Translations under genes and position numbers: made by a program
Notes under the pieces: model-generated
Told to the model about the DNA's origin: nothing
Database searches by the model: none
What the model saw: the letters and a program-made list of their open reading frames with translations, nothing else
Assembly: GCA_964016885.1 (NCBI GenBank)
Contig: OZ024743.1
Span: 265,608,001 to 265,672,000 of the forward strand
From: Eledone cirrhosa
Taxonomy: Eukaryota
Reading direction: 5' to 3'
Length of the DNA: 64,000 nt
In this document: positions 51,467-64,000 of the stretch, piece after piece
Numbering within the stretch: the stretch's first letter is position 1
Layout: every line of letters starts with the position of its first letter

Positions 51467-52297
51467 GAGAATAAGAAGAGAGCAAGAACGGTGGGTGTTT
51501 TCCTCATCGGTTGTCTACTGGGGTCTCGGATATATCAACGCTTTAAAGACAAGATATCTACCCCACAGAGCGTTCAATAACTGAGTAAGTTATTGGGAAA
51601 ACGGAGGAGGGAGATATCTTGTCTTTAAAGCGTAGAAATATCCGAAATCCGCAGTAGACAACCGATGAGGAAAGTTCCCTCCCTCGTTCTTGCTTTCTTC
51701 TTATTCTCATTCCATTTTAAGCTACCTTAACTACACAGCCGATCCTATTCTCCATATATTTTATCATGTTTCGCTGTGACCAGTCTTCTCCTTCTGCCTA
51801 CCTATTTCGTTACTATCTACTCTTAGCCCTCTTTCTTCCTCTCCCTTTCTCCCTCTCACTTTCACTCATCTCTTCTCTGCCCGCCACCCCATCGTTCCCT
51901 CGCCTGACCCTCTAGCAGTCCTTTTTCTCACTTACACTCGCTGGGGTCAGACGTGTCTTTTCGTTCGTTCACACGCTCTTGCACTTAAGTTCTGTTATCG
52001 CTGTGGTCTTGGACTTTCTTACGTTAAGTTGCTCGCATATTGCTCGGTATGTTGTTTGTTTCGCTGTTTTCTCTTTTCTTCCCTTTTCCATTCTATTTTC
52101 CTTCCCTCTCTCCTCCGTTGTCCCAATAACTTACACAGTTATTGAACGCTCTGGCGGTAGATATCTTGTCTTTAAAGCGATGAAATATCCGAGACCCCAG
52201 TAGACAACCGATGAGGAAAACTCCTCCCTGTTATTGCTTTCTTCGTATTCTCATTCCATTTTAAGCTACCTTAACTAGCAACTACATAGCCAACACT
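51467..52297. mobile_element. Repeat with an inverted arm and a tandem partial copy
   Basis: 51467-51560 is inverted at 51612-51708. 51467-51610 is inverted again at 52110-52252. Confidence 0.7.
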
Positions 52298-52415
52298 ATT
52301 CTCCATATATACACATACATATATACATTTCATCAGTTGTACATATATCTGTTTGCTTATAATATATATATGTATGTATATATATATATATTATAAACAA
52401 AAATATATCGTACAA

Positions 52416-52601
<186 letters not shown>

Positions 52602-53632
52602 CAGTGAATTCAATGCTACGTGATTCGTAATGAACAGAACAGCTTAGGCAGGACATGCACATTTATAGTTTAGCTGGTTTTAAAAACAGTATGTATACGC
52701 CTTCTGTATCTCTTTCCAACAGCGAAAATTTACATACCTTGTTATTTATTAAAATAATTCATAGGTTTTTCAAAATGGACAAAAGATGATCAACGCCTTT
52801 CTTTGGAACTGACAATATCCTTTCAATAAGCATAATCTTAAAATGGATGATTACCTATATAGTTGATATTTCACGACAATAGAATTCTTATATGATTACA
52901 TATGTTACTTACGCAACAAAGAAATGCTAGGTTAAAGCGCAAACATAACGAAGAATCATATCTAGAAATTTGCTGCGTTGAAATGTTCGTATTAGAATGA
53001 AATGCCTCTGATATGTCAAGAATAGATATGTGATCTTTGCGTCAAATAAAAACTTAGAGATTGAAATCTCAAATCTTCATCGAATTCTTTTGGGCCATCA
53101 CGACACATTGATTCTATTCAAAACTCGACATTCAAGCGTGTACGTGTGCTTGTTCTTATATGTATAATTTTATATTCAAGTGTTAATTTGTGTTACTTGT
53201 ATCTGCTTGAATGCGTTAATATCTTGCGAGCGAAAAGAAATAGAAATTGCTCGAGGCGGAGTCAAAGAACACGATGAAAAAAGTATTTAATTGAACGTTA
53301 GAGAGATGGCTGTATATTATGCAAATAAGCGAAGCTAGTATGCTACGATCATTATAAAACTGCGAAAGATTTTAACTGTTCAAAGATTGACATCATTTTC
53401 ATTTTTCTGCGTTTTGTTTTTGTTATTTTCTTCTTTTTTCATATGGATTTCTAACCAGGTAAAATGAAAGCGCGTAATGGAATAAACTCTGAAAAGAGTT
53501 AAATTACCACGTTTCAATATTTGGGTATCGGTTTGATAAGAGTGTTTTATTGTAAAAATTTCTCTTTATATGAAATATGGATAACTACAGCCATAAGTGA
53601 TGGGTTATGTATAACGGCGACAGCATGGAGCC

Positions 53633-53725
<93 letters not shown>

Positions 53726-54844
53726 CACACACATATATAAATGCATGTGTGTTCCTGTGTGTTGTTAGCTCAGGAGAAAAGGAGTACGATAAATTAAAAT
53801 TTAATGAAGACCACGCTGATTAATTAAATAAAAAAAACAATAACCGGGAATTAATAAGATTAAAAATAAATGAAACAAGCAGAGTGAAAGGCTTCCATTC
53901 TATTTTGTATATTTATTAACTTTAAATTTCTATTTTATGTTTGTTTGTTTCTCAAAATCTTTTCCCAGCTTCAATCATCCACCTCCTCTGGAGATTTATT
54001 CATTTTTATTCAATATATTCATTAATTACCGTGGTTTTGTTGTTTCTTTTCACTTAGCTAATCTTTTCACTGATGTTCGCTTGACATTTCATCTAACAAT
54101 CTCTTATCCTCTTTTTGTGCAGTTTATTCTCTGGATGCTATTCATGGCAACAACCCAGTTTCATTGTTTTTTTTTAACACAAAGTGAAACACTATCATAG
54201 ACGTCCCGTTGATATCATTATATTGCACGAAATATTTCAAGAACCATTAACTGGAAATCACAGCAACATCACTTTCGTCAGAATGACTGCTTAGAAAAAT
54301 GTCTGCTGATATCTCCCGTCAATGAAATCACGTGAAGTGAAAGAGAGAAAAGTTTGCTTTCAAGAAACATGTGAATAGTTGCAAAATGTAAGAGTGAAGT
54401 TATTCACTGGTAGTTTTGAATAATATACTGCTATCGAACGAAAGTAAGACAAAAAAGAAATTCGCAGGGAGAGATGAAGAATAAAGAGAGATGTAGTTAA
54501 TTCATTTCAAATCGAATCCTCAATTTTCTAAGGAAACGTGTGATAGGAATTAGGAGATTTCTTGGCTTTATCTCCAACGCGGTTTCCGTTATTTGAAGAG
54601 AAACAAACACTCATTATTCTAGTGCTTATCCCAAGCTATTCCCTCATATTGAGTGGAGCAGATAGTCATAGGTTCCTGGTTAGAATTCTAATTTATATCC
54701 ATTTCTTTATGATGGTGGCAGGATATCCCTCATGCACATTTATCAGCCTGTAACAATGTGGAAAGTTGAAATAACTTTTCTGTACAAAAGCACACATAAT
54801 AGCTTCTAGCAGTATATGAACTCATATCTCCTTGAAGATAATAC

Positions 54845-54896
<52 letters not shown>

Positions 54897-55090
54897 TGGT
54901 GCATTAGTACGGCAGAAACTCGAGTCCGAGAGCCATTATAGGCACCCGTTTTACGTGTGTTGTGTTGAAGCAGATAACTATGTGTATACTCTGGGAATGT
55001 ATCTTACATTGCCCATTGAGTGCGCTGAGATACAACCGGTACTGGCATTGATAAATATGCTGGGTCCGTCAACTCTTATTATACACACAC

Positions 55091-55166
<76 letters not shown>

Positions 55167-55177
55167 ACACACACACA

Positions 55178-55256
<79 letters not shown>

Positions 55257-57654
55257 GGCCTATATTTTGTTTGGGAATGAAATTAGTCAGACGGGAATGA
55301 TATATCCGATGTTTTCTTCCTTTAAAGTTCCAAACTCATTTCATATAATGTGAGACCGATTTGAGACATTTCTTTATTCAAATACAATTGTCAAAATGTA
55401 ACTACCCCTGTAAGTGAAAATTGTATTATTAAACTATAATTTGTTCAGCCTTTCAACGCAGAATGAGTAGCTAACGGAAAATGTGTCAGTTATACGGTAC
55501 TGTACTTATTGTGGAGGTGTCAGTCTTGGTGGATGTGGAATTGGTGATGGTTTCGAAGGGCATAGTGGTGATGGTGGAGTACGTGGTAGGGATAATCGTG
55601 GTGGCTATGCTGGCAGTGGTGGGAGTGGTAGTGGTGATGGTCTCGACTGAAATGATCAATAATACTTATCAACAGATAAGTGTCGTTCAGCTCGAAGTCG
55701 GTTCTGATTAGGTAAATCTATGGGTTTTCTCTTCTATTCAGACACAATTATATCTTTGACTTTATTATCTAATGTGTTGTTTTGTAGACAGTAACGTATA
55801 ATTTTAATAGGATTTAGCTGCGATTTTTAGACTACGTAAATGTGATAGGAAACCCTTTTAGCTTGAGAAGTCAATTGCAAGTACATAATTCGTTGGGGTG
55901 CCATGTATTGATAAAAATACGCAATCTTGACTTTTACAAATTTAAAGGTGTGCCTGGGGCAACATTGATGTTACAATACATTACATTACTCAAATACAGA
56001 TAATTATTAAACGACCGTAAATTCTGTTCAAAACAACATACAATAAAGTCGTTTGAGAATAATTTTGCTTCAGCAGTGCGTGGTTTCAAATTTTAACTTT
56101 GGTGAAGAGTTCCAAAAATATATCGTAGGCGGCTATCTGATCGTGTGAGTGTTTTATGTTTTAACCATGTGCGAAAAACACCCTAAATTTAACAGTTGCG
56201 TTTTGGTTTTCTGAGGATGGTGATTATAGTATTAATGTTGAGGCTGATATTATTTAGCCCTGTGACAAGGGATTAATTGTGCCAAAGAACTTATGATCAA
56301 TGGCGTGTCATTGTTGATCCCGTTTCATTATATCAATGATTACATTGAATACAATTTCTTAAGTTATGTCAATAAGTGATACATTTTAAAATAGATTTAG
56401 CTGTTATTTCTAGGAAGCATTAACATAGAGGCAGAGGTTCCCTCGATAGTTCATTAAGTTATTTTATAATGTTTGTGTATATATGTATGAAATTATCTTG
56501 GAAGAGACATTGTTAATGTCAACACAGTAGTTTGCTGTAGCTACACCATACACTGAGCTACAGTAGTGCAGCGAGACTGAATTACAATAATGGTGTATTC
56601 TTTAATTACATAGTCGCCCCCGAAGTTCACTAAATGCCAGCAATTCTTACTTAACCTTTGTTTGATTGGCAAAACCTTTTATTTGCATCCCACTTTTAAA
56701 CTGTGGCTCGTAACTCATTTCATTGAGATATTCGTATATAAATAACATTTGTTTAACAATGGAAAACCCCTCCTGCAAAGAGCTTGCCCTCTTCTCTCCG
56801 CTAATGTTAACAATTAATTAATTACCAATTTGGTATACGCATGTGCACACACAAACACACACACACACACACACATACACACACACACACATACACACAC
56901 ATACGCACCCACACATACACGCACACATACATACACACGTATATATATATATAATGAGTGAAATATACGAACAAATTTAATATAAAGATTTTGACAAAAG
57001 CAACCAGTTTATGTGTAACTATTGTTGATTGCCCATTCATAAAACTTTTCCTAATTCAGTCAGGGAGTCACGACTTAAATGATAGCTCCATTGATTACCG
57101 CCACGTAATGCAAATTAAGCGTAAAAATCCGGTTACACAGAGATAGATTAGATTTAATAGAAACCACAGTCATATAGAAAATAATAATTATGTAAGTGAT
57201 ATTGGAATCAGCTCCGTTATTCAGCTAAATAATATAATTGGGAAATAATCACTGCTTAAAATAAAAGTTTGCTGTCTACAGAGAATTTAAATAAAGAATG
57301 TGTTATCAAAATGACAAAGAGAATTTCATGATTACTAATCAATAGGCAATGGAACGTTTAACGTTTCATGAATAATCTATGTGACAAACATCCCACACCA
57401 ATAGTTTTAAATTTTACGGAATTTAAAGCGCCGTAAACTACGTCTCCAATCCAAATGTAATTATCAGATAGTACGTTATAGTACATAACTGAATGTATGA
57501 ATATGAGTACAAAATATACGTACAAACACGCACTCTCACACTCAAATATATAAATACATATATGCATTTTTTCTTCTGTATAATGGCTCAGTGACGAAAA
57601 TTGTTACTTTGAAGTTCCACCTGTGTACTCACAGCATCTCCAGAGAAGATATCA

Positions 57655-57747
<93 letters not shown>

Positions 57748-57749
57748 AA

Positions 57750-58040
57750 CGGCGGACAACAGAGGCCACGTACCGTTCCTCTCTAACAGATAACTTTCCC
57801 CCTCGGAAAAACCCCCTGATGATCGATGCGAAATCCGAAATGTAGAGACAATTAAATCTCTCCCAAGGTAACTCTGTCTCGTGTTATTATTTTTATATTT
57901 TGCGCTCTTTCCTACGTTCCTCTACACACTATACATCTCATTCTACATTTCAACTTACATCTCTCTCTTCACCTCCGAATTCTGTTACCCGGATATTTAC
58001 ACATCTGCATTGTTGAGGCTTCCAAAACAACATAAAATGT
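57750..58040 (+). mobile_element. Solo pLTR related to the 10-13 kb PLE, with a canonical HHR core
   Basis: Homologous to 12641-12930. CTGATGA at 57816 and GAAA at 57837. Confidence 0.75.
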
Positions 58041-58059
58041 GTTAATATATATATATATA

Positions 58060-58360
58060 CATATACACAGCACAGCGCACAGCACCCCAAAACAAGATGA
58101 TGTACGACAGAGCAAATGAGAGCCATAAAATAAAACCCAGTCACTGAGGAGGTCACAGAATATATGGCGAAAGAGCTTTGGCAATATATATACAACTATC
58201 CGGTTATCGAACCAACCAACCAACCAATCGACATTTATAATACATTGAAGTGAAAATCAACAGGTGCGTGTGTTTTATTGGCAGCATGACACTCCCAAAG
58301 TGTAACAATATCTGTTTCAACACACGTTTTCAGATGAGAAACCTTGCAAAACAATGTCAT
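58060..58360 (+). mobile_element. pLTR-type repeat with HHR at 58140-58182
   Basis: gtca-CTGAGGA-ggtcacagaatatatggc-GAAA-gagc-TT-tggc. The 3' tail is shared with 50136-50330 and related to 37446-37530. Confidence 0.7.
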
Positions 58361-58520
58361 ATATATATATGCCTGTGTGTGACGTATATATGTATATATA
58401 TACTTCACAAACACATATATAAATATATATATAGTAATAATAATAAATTTGAAGACTAAAATCCAAAGAGGGCTCGATAAGGATAAATATATATCAAATA
58501 TATAAGAACCGTAGTGCAAA

Positions 58521-58678
58521 TATTTATTAAAATAACAGATTAAAGTTTAAGCAAAGTATCGCTGCTTTCACACTTAACGGGATGTTCTGAAACTATCTGG
58601 TTAGTTTCAGAAGATCCCGTTAAGGGTGAAAGCAGCGATTCTTTGCTTAAACTTTAATCTGTTATTTTAATAAATATA
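58521..58678. repeat. ~155-bp snap-back palindrome with an HHR-like remnant
   Basis: Arms 58521-58595 and 58602-58678. cAGAAGA-t-ccc-gttaa-ggg-t-GAAA starts right after the loop. Confidence 0.75.
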
Positions 58679-58980
58679 TCCACTTCCTCATACTAGTAAA
58701 AAATATATATATAATAAAGTTAAGGTGAACATTAATTAGAAGATAATCTTAAACAACATGTAAATATTTCCATGGTTTACATACACACACATACATACAC
58801 ACATAAACACACACAAACCCGGTCGCCACACACATATATAATTAACTGTTTCAAAACCACCACGCATCGAAACCGTAGTGATTTCCTGTTGCTGTTTCCG
58901 TCGTCTTTCGTAAAGGACATATATGCACACCCATACCCACACATATTTACGTATATATGTATATATATGTGTATATATGC

Positions 58981-59057
<77 letters not shown>

Positions 59058-59264
59058 ATACGTATATATGTATATATATATATGTAAATATATACATATA
59101 TATATGTATATATATACATATATATATATATATTTTCTTTTTTTACATTTATCTGAGGGTTCTAAACCCCATTATTAGGCTAAAATTCCTTTAGTCAAAA
59201 ATACGGTGAAAGCTATTCTATTTTCTAATTTCAAACCTGCTCACTGTTTCAAAACATACTTACT

Positions 59265-59299
<35 letters not shown>

Positions 59300-59300
<1 letters not shown>

Positions 59301-59365
59301 CTATGTATACATACATACGTATATGAGTGGATACGCACAGTAGTATGTATATATATACATACATG

Positions 59366-59402
<37 letters not shown>

Positions 59403-59800
59403 GTGTACGTATGGGTTTACCGAACATTTATTGTAATGTTCGGTTTGTTTGAAAACAAACACCCCGAATTACGCCGTACAGCGCTCGACAACCATCGTCG
59501 CCCTTTTGTTCAACACTGACACAGGAACGCTGTACTAGTTTCAAGGTTATTAGCTGTCGTCAGCATTATATACCTTTTCGTCAGATGATTGAATGCCTGA
59601 AAGTATATACTTTCCTTATGCATATTAACGGCTAAGCAGCCTAATTTGCATATCGAGTGAGTTAGTCGGCGGGGTATACCGAAAACGATAAATGGAAAAG
59701 AATGAAACGAAATTTCAATTCTCACTCTTAGTACGGCTTAGAACTAAATATATATATGTAGGTATCAGCCGTACTATGAGTGAGAATTGAAATTTCGTTA
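59300..59800 (-). mobile_element. HHR-bearing non-coding repeat
   Basis: Homologous to 30783-31385. Minus strand CTGACGA...GAAA-ctag-TA at ~59528-59566. The terminus is re-copied inverted at 59768-59799. Confidence 0.65.
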
Positions 59801-59831
59801 CATTATTTTCCATATATATATATATAAATAC

Positions 59832-60320
59832 AATAGACCCCTGCGGGTGCCCTAGGAGTGCAGCCCCCACGAAAGGGAGAAACCGCGAATATTTCACATG
59901 GTCCATAAACTGTTTATAAACGTCAATATATAACGTAAAATATGCGAACGGGCGTCCAATAGGTATATTATTATTAATGATTCAGAGTCGGACGCCATGC
60001 TTTGCAGCAAAGAGTTACGGCCCTTTATGGTCTGAGTTCAAATCCTACCGCGGTTAACTTTGCCTTCCATCCTTACGGGGTCGATAACATAAAGTACCAG
60101 TAATACACTCGGATAATTGCTGGCCTTGTGCCTAAAGTAGAAACAATTATTAATGATTCAGCGTTAAAAAAAATATATTTCCGCGAAAAAATCCATAATA
60201 AAAATCGTGGAAGATATTTACGATTCCGCGAATATGCGGTGGTTTCCGCGAACAGTTATTTTTGAGGTTCTAAGGAAAATTCCACGAACATCCGGGACTG
60301 CGAATGCCGGGGGTACACTG
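59832..60320 (+). mobile_element. Tigger/pogo-like MITE with a nested SINE
   Basis: TA|CAATAGACCCC...GGGGGTACACTG|TA. SINE at 59986-60145 is flanked by the direct repeat attattaatgattcag. Confidence 0.7.
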
Positions 60321-60639
60321 TATATACGAGTAAGTGTGTGTTTATGTTTATATATGTCTGTGCTTACGCCATCCATTTCGATGATGAATGTTACAGATCT
60401 TCCATCAAGGTAACAGCAACAAGGTAATTATCAGGGATCCTTAATATTACAAGCTGGGCCCTTTGAATTACAATCGGATCGACAGGCTTCCAAACAAAAA
60501 GTTTGAGAATACGCAATTTTACACCGAATCATGCGTGGAACCGAAGCTATGCAAAAAGGCACTTGCCGAAAATCTTGTGCAGTTGGATCGAACCCAGGAC
60601 TAAATTATTAATCATTAGTCAATGTTGTGTCCACACTAA

Positions 60640-61590
60640 TCTATATATATAAAACTGTGGTTGTCTGTCTGTCTATCGATTTTTGGCACACATCTCCTCT
60701 TAGAATCTCTCACGGAATTGCACCGAAATTGCTATACTTGTACATTGAGCCCTAGCGAAGACATCGGAAAAAAAAAATTTCAAATTGACCCACCCTATGT
60801 GACGAAATCGAATATAATGTATCGATTTTTGAGCGTAAGTTATCAGTTATTTCCCTTTGTTCTGTTTACATTGAGCGCCTTACGTAAAAAATTACGCTGG
60901 CTTTAACAGTTGTCGAGCCAGCAAAATATTGACCTGCAAAATTCATCAGTTCGAACACTAAGCTTCCGTTTTGCTTCATTTCCATTTAAAAGCATTTTAA
61001 AACAATATTTTTACTTGAAAACAAGTCTATTTAAAGACTGCGTAAAACAAGCAAACATTTCGTCGTTAGGCGTGCAGACAGACAGTCGTGCAGAGAGGTG
61101 ATATACGCGTGCAGACAGACAGTCGTGCAGACAGACAGTCGTGCAGAGAGGTGATATAGGCGTGCAGACAGACAGTCGTGCAGAGAGGTGATATAGGCGT
61201 GCAGACAGACAGTCGTGCAGAGAGGTGATATAGGCGTGCAGACAGACAGTCGTGCAGAGAGGTGATATAGGCGTGCAGACAGACATAACTGATAATTTGG
61301 TTACGCTAATGTTTTTCTCTGTGTTGCAGTGTTTACATTTTCGATCTTTGTTAATAAATAACCAGTGCAGTTTCTATCCCCAGCATCCTCTTTTGTTATA
61401 ACATTCGGGTTATCGTTATGTTTTCTTAACTTCATAAGGCATATTGTTGGTTGAGGGAATATTAATCAAAAACACCACATGCAAGTCTGCACAGTAGACA
61501 CTACAGTTTTTAAGCCAAGAAAGAAACTTAACATTGTAACTTTAACACAGCTACTGAGCGACCCCGAGCAACGCCGGGCTTTACTGCTAG
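60640..61590 (+). mobile_element. Non-autonomous Helitron, copy 1
   Basis: A|TCTATATATATAAAA start. cccgagcaacgccggg hairpin plus CTAG end. Confidence 0.85.
61068..61285 (+). repeat. 37-bp minisatellite inside the Helitron (also at 62573-62740)
   Basis: aggcgtgcagacagacagtcgtgcagagaggtgatat units. Confidence 0.9.
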
Positions 61591-63196
61591 TCTATATATA
61601 TAAAACTGAGGTTGTCTGTCTGTCTATCGATTTTTGGCACACATCTCCTCTTAGAATCTCTCACGGAATTGCACCGAAATTGCTATACTTGTACACTGAG
61701 CCCTAGCGAAAACATCGGAAAAAAAATATTTCAAATTGACTCGCCCTATCTGACGAAATCGAATATAATGTATCGATTTTTGAGCGTAAGTGATCAGTTA
61801 TTTCCCTTTGTTCTGTTTACATTCAGCGTACCATCTTACGTTCTCTTTACATTTTCTGCGTGCAAAAATTACAAAAAATGATTTCCCTTTGTTCTGTTTA
61901 CATTCAGCGTAGCGTAGCGTCTTACGTTCTGTTTACATTTTCTGCGTGCAAAAATTAAAAAAATGATTTCCCTTTGTTCTGTTTACATTCAGCGTAGCGT
62001 CTTACGTTCTGTTTACATTTTCTGCGTGCAAAAATAAAAAAAATGATTTCCCTTTGTTCTGTTTACATTCAGCGTAGCGTCTTACGTTCTGTTTACATTT
62101 TCTGCGTGCAAAAATTAAAAAAAATGATTTCCCTTTGTTCTGTTTACATTCAGCGTAGCGTCTTACGTTCTGTTTACATTTTCTGCGTGCAAAAATTAAA
62201 AAAATGATTTCCCTTTGTTCTGTTTACATTCAGCGTAGCGTCTTACGATCTGTTTACATTATCTGCGTGCAAAAATTTAAAAAATTACGCAGTCAAAAAT
62301 TAAAAAAATTACGCTGGCTTTCTCAGCGTTTAAAATGACATTAACACAATACACGAACAGTTGTCGAGCCAGCAAAATTTTGACCTGCAAAATTCATCAG
62401 TTCGAACACTAAGCTTCCGTTTTGCTTCATTTCCATTTAAAAGCCTTTTAAAACAATATTTTTACTTGAAAACAAGTCTATTTAAAGACTACGTAAAACA
62501 AGCAAATATTTCGTAAAAAAAAGCAAAAATTATATAAGTTTATTTAAAATATATGTATCTGTAAATTTCGTTAGGCGTGCAGACAGACAGTCGTGCAGAC
62601 AGACAGTCGTGCAGAGAGGTGATATACGCGTGCAGACAGATAGTCGTGCAGAGAGGTGATATAGGCGTGCAGACAGACAGTCATGCAGAGAGGTGATATA
62701 GGCGTGCAGACAGACAGTCATGCAGGGAGGTGATATAGGCGATTATTTGCCTTTTATGGAATGAGCAGACGATTAGCGAATGTGCAGACGATTAAGTAAA
62801 TCTTTAGTAGAGTGAATTGGAATCTCCAGTTTGTTTAATAGCTTCATTTGCACTGTACTGCCTTTGTATGCTACAACGCTTTAAAAGTTCGGCGAGTTCA
62901 TTACTTCGTAAGTTATTGATATTTATTTTTTTATTACGACGGTTAGCAAACTTTCCCTATTAAACGTTTAAATTAATTTTACGGTCTTATAAGGCTGAAT
63001 TTACTTTAATTCGGGTTATCGTTATGTTTTCTTAACTTCATAAGGCATATTGTTGGTTGAGGGAATATTAATCAAAAACACCACATGCAAGTCTGCACAG
63101 TAGACACTACAGTTTTTAAGCCAAAAAAGAAACTTAACATTGTAACTTTAATACAGCTACTGAGCGACCCCGAGCAACGCCGGGCTTTACTGCTAG
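61591..63196 (+). mobile_element. Non-autonomous Helitron, copy 2 (head-to-tail with copy 1)
   Basis: TC start immediately after the CTAG of copy 1. Same hairpin and CTAG|T end. Confidence 0.85.
61801..62285 (+). repeat. ~80-bp tandem repeat, 6 copies, in Helitron copy 2
   Basis: tttccctttgttctgtttacattcagcgtagcgtcttacg... units. Only one partial unit in copy 1. Confidence 0.9.
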
Positions 63197-63457
63197 TACA
63201 GGTATAAACCAACAGGCTTAATCCTTTGCCAGATTATTCAAACAAGTTTACACATATGCATAGAAACATTTTACTTATCATACTCACACAGGGTAATTCC
63301 ACACATGGGCATACGCGTAAACACATTTACTCAGACATTCATACATTGAGATATGTGCTCGCTATGTAGTTCTTGACTTCGCTTAAGTTATCAATATCAA
63401 GGCCAGTCTGCATCAACACTTTCAGCGTTTGCACAGACAGACACACACACACATACA

Positions 63458-63517
<60 letters not shown>

Positions 63518-63521
63518 TACT

Positions 63522-63570
<49 letters not shown>

Positions 63571-63593
63571 ATATCTATCTATCTATCTCTTTC

Positions 63594-63686
<93 letters not shown>

Positions 63687-64000
63687 GTGTGTGTACATCC
63701 AAGTATGTGCGTGTATGCATGTTTGTGTAGGTTGGTTTAGTTGTGTACATGAAGTTTATACGGCATTATAGAATATAGCACATCAAGCACTCGATTTTTA
63801 AAGGCTGCTGTTCATCGGTCTAAAACCACTTCATCTTAAACCTTTAAAACCTAGCTAATTGTGTTATGTTTCATGTCGACGCACATATTATTACATAAAT
63901 ATAATGAATTTATTTCGTTCGATAATCCAATCGATCGATTGTTAAAGGGGAAACAGAAATACCACGCTTCTGATGTCTTATTGAAACGAGGCTAAAAGAC

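Noticed and set aside
60398-60410. Possible micro-exon (tacAG ATCTTCCATCAAG GTaaca) continuing the CUB gene
   Set aside because: Weak polypyrimidine tract and no protein signal. Cannot be supported without RNA data.
61068-62740. CRISPR-like regular repeats
   Set aside because: No unique spacers and no cas genes. They are minisatellites inside a eukaryotic Helitron.

Overview
AT-rich, repeat-dominated animal genomic DNA. The SINE families and the density of (TA)n microsatellites suggest an octopod cephalopod, but that is an inference. The only host-gene sequence I can support is three + strand exons (8-104, 18158-18282, 35345-35497) that splice in frame into one CUB domain across introns of about 18 and 17 kb. 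Most long ORFs in the track are microsatellite artefacts. The introns and downstream DNA contain: a 5'-truncated CR1/L2-group-like LINE, several decayed RTE LINEs, three Penelope-like element (PLE) coding remnants, tRNA-derived SINEs, a head-to-tail Helitron dimer plus a solo Helitron, and Tigger-like MITEs. The most striking pattern is about 14 fold-back (inverted-repeat) insertions from about a dozen unrelated families, mostly sitting in (TA)n arrays. Nearly all carry a type I hammerhead ribozyme (HHR) core or a remnant of one, and the inversion junction repeatedly falls in or just beside the ribozyme. All alignments and RNA folds were done by eye, so repeat boundaries are approximate.
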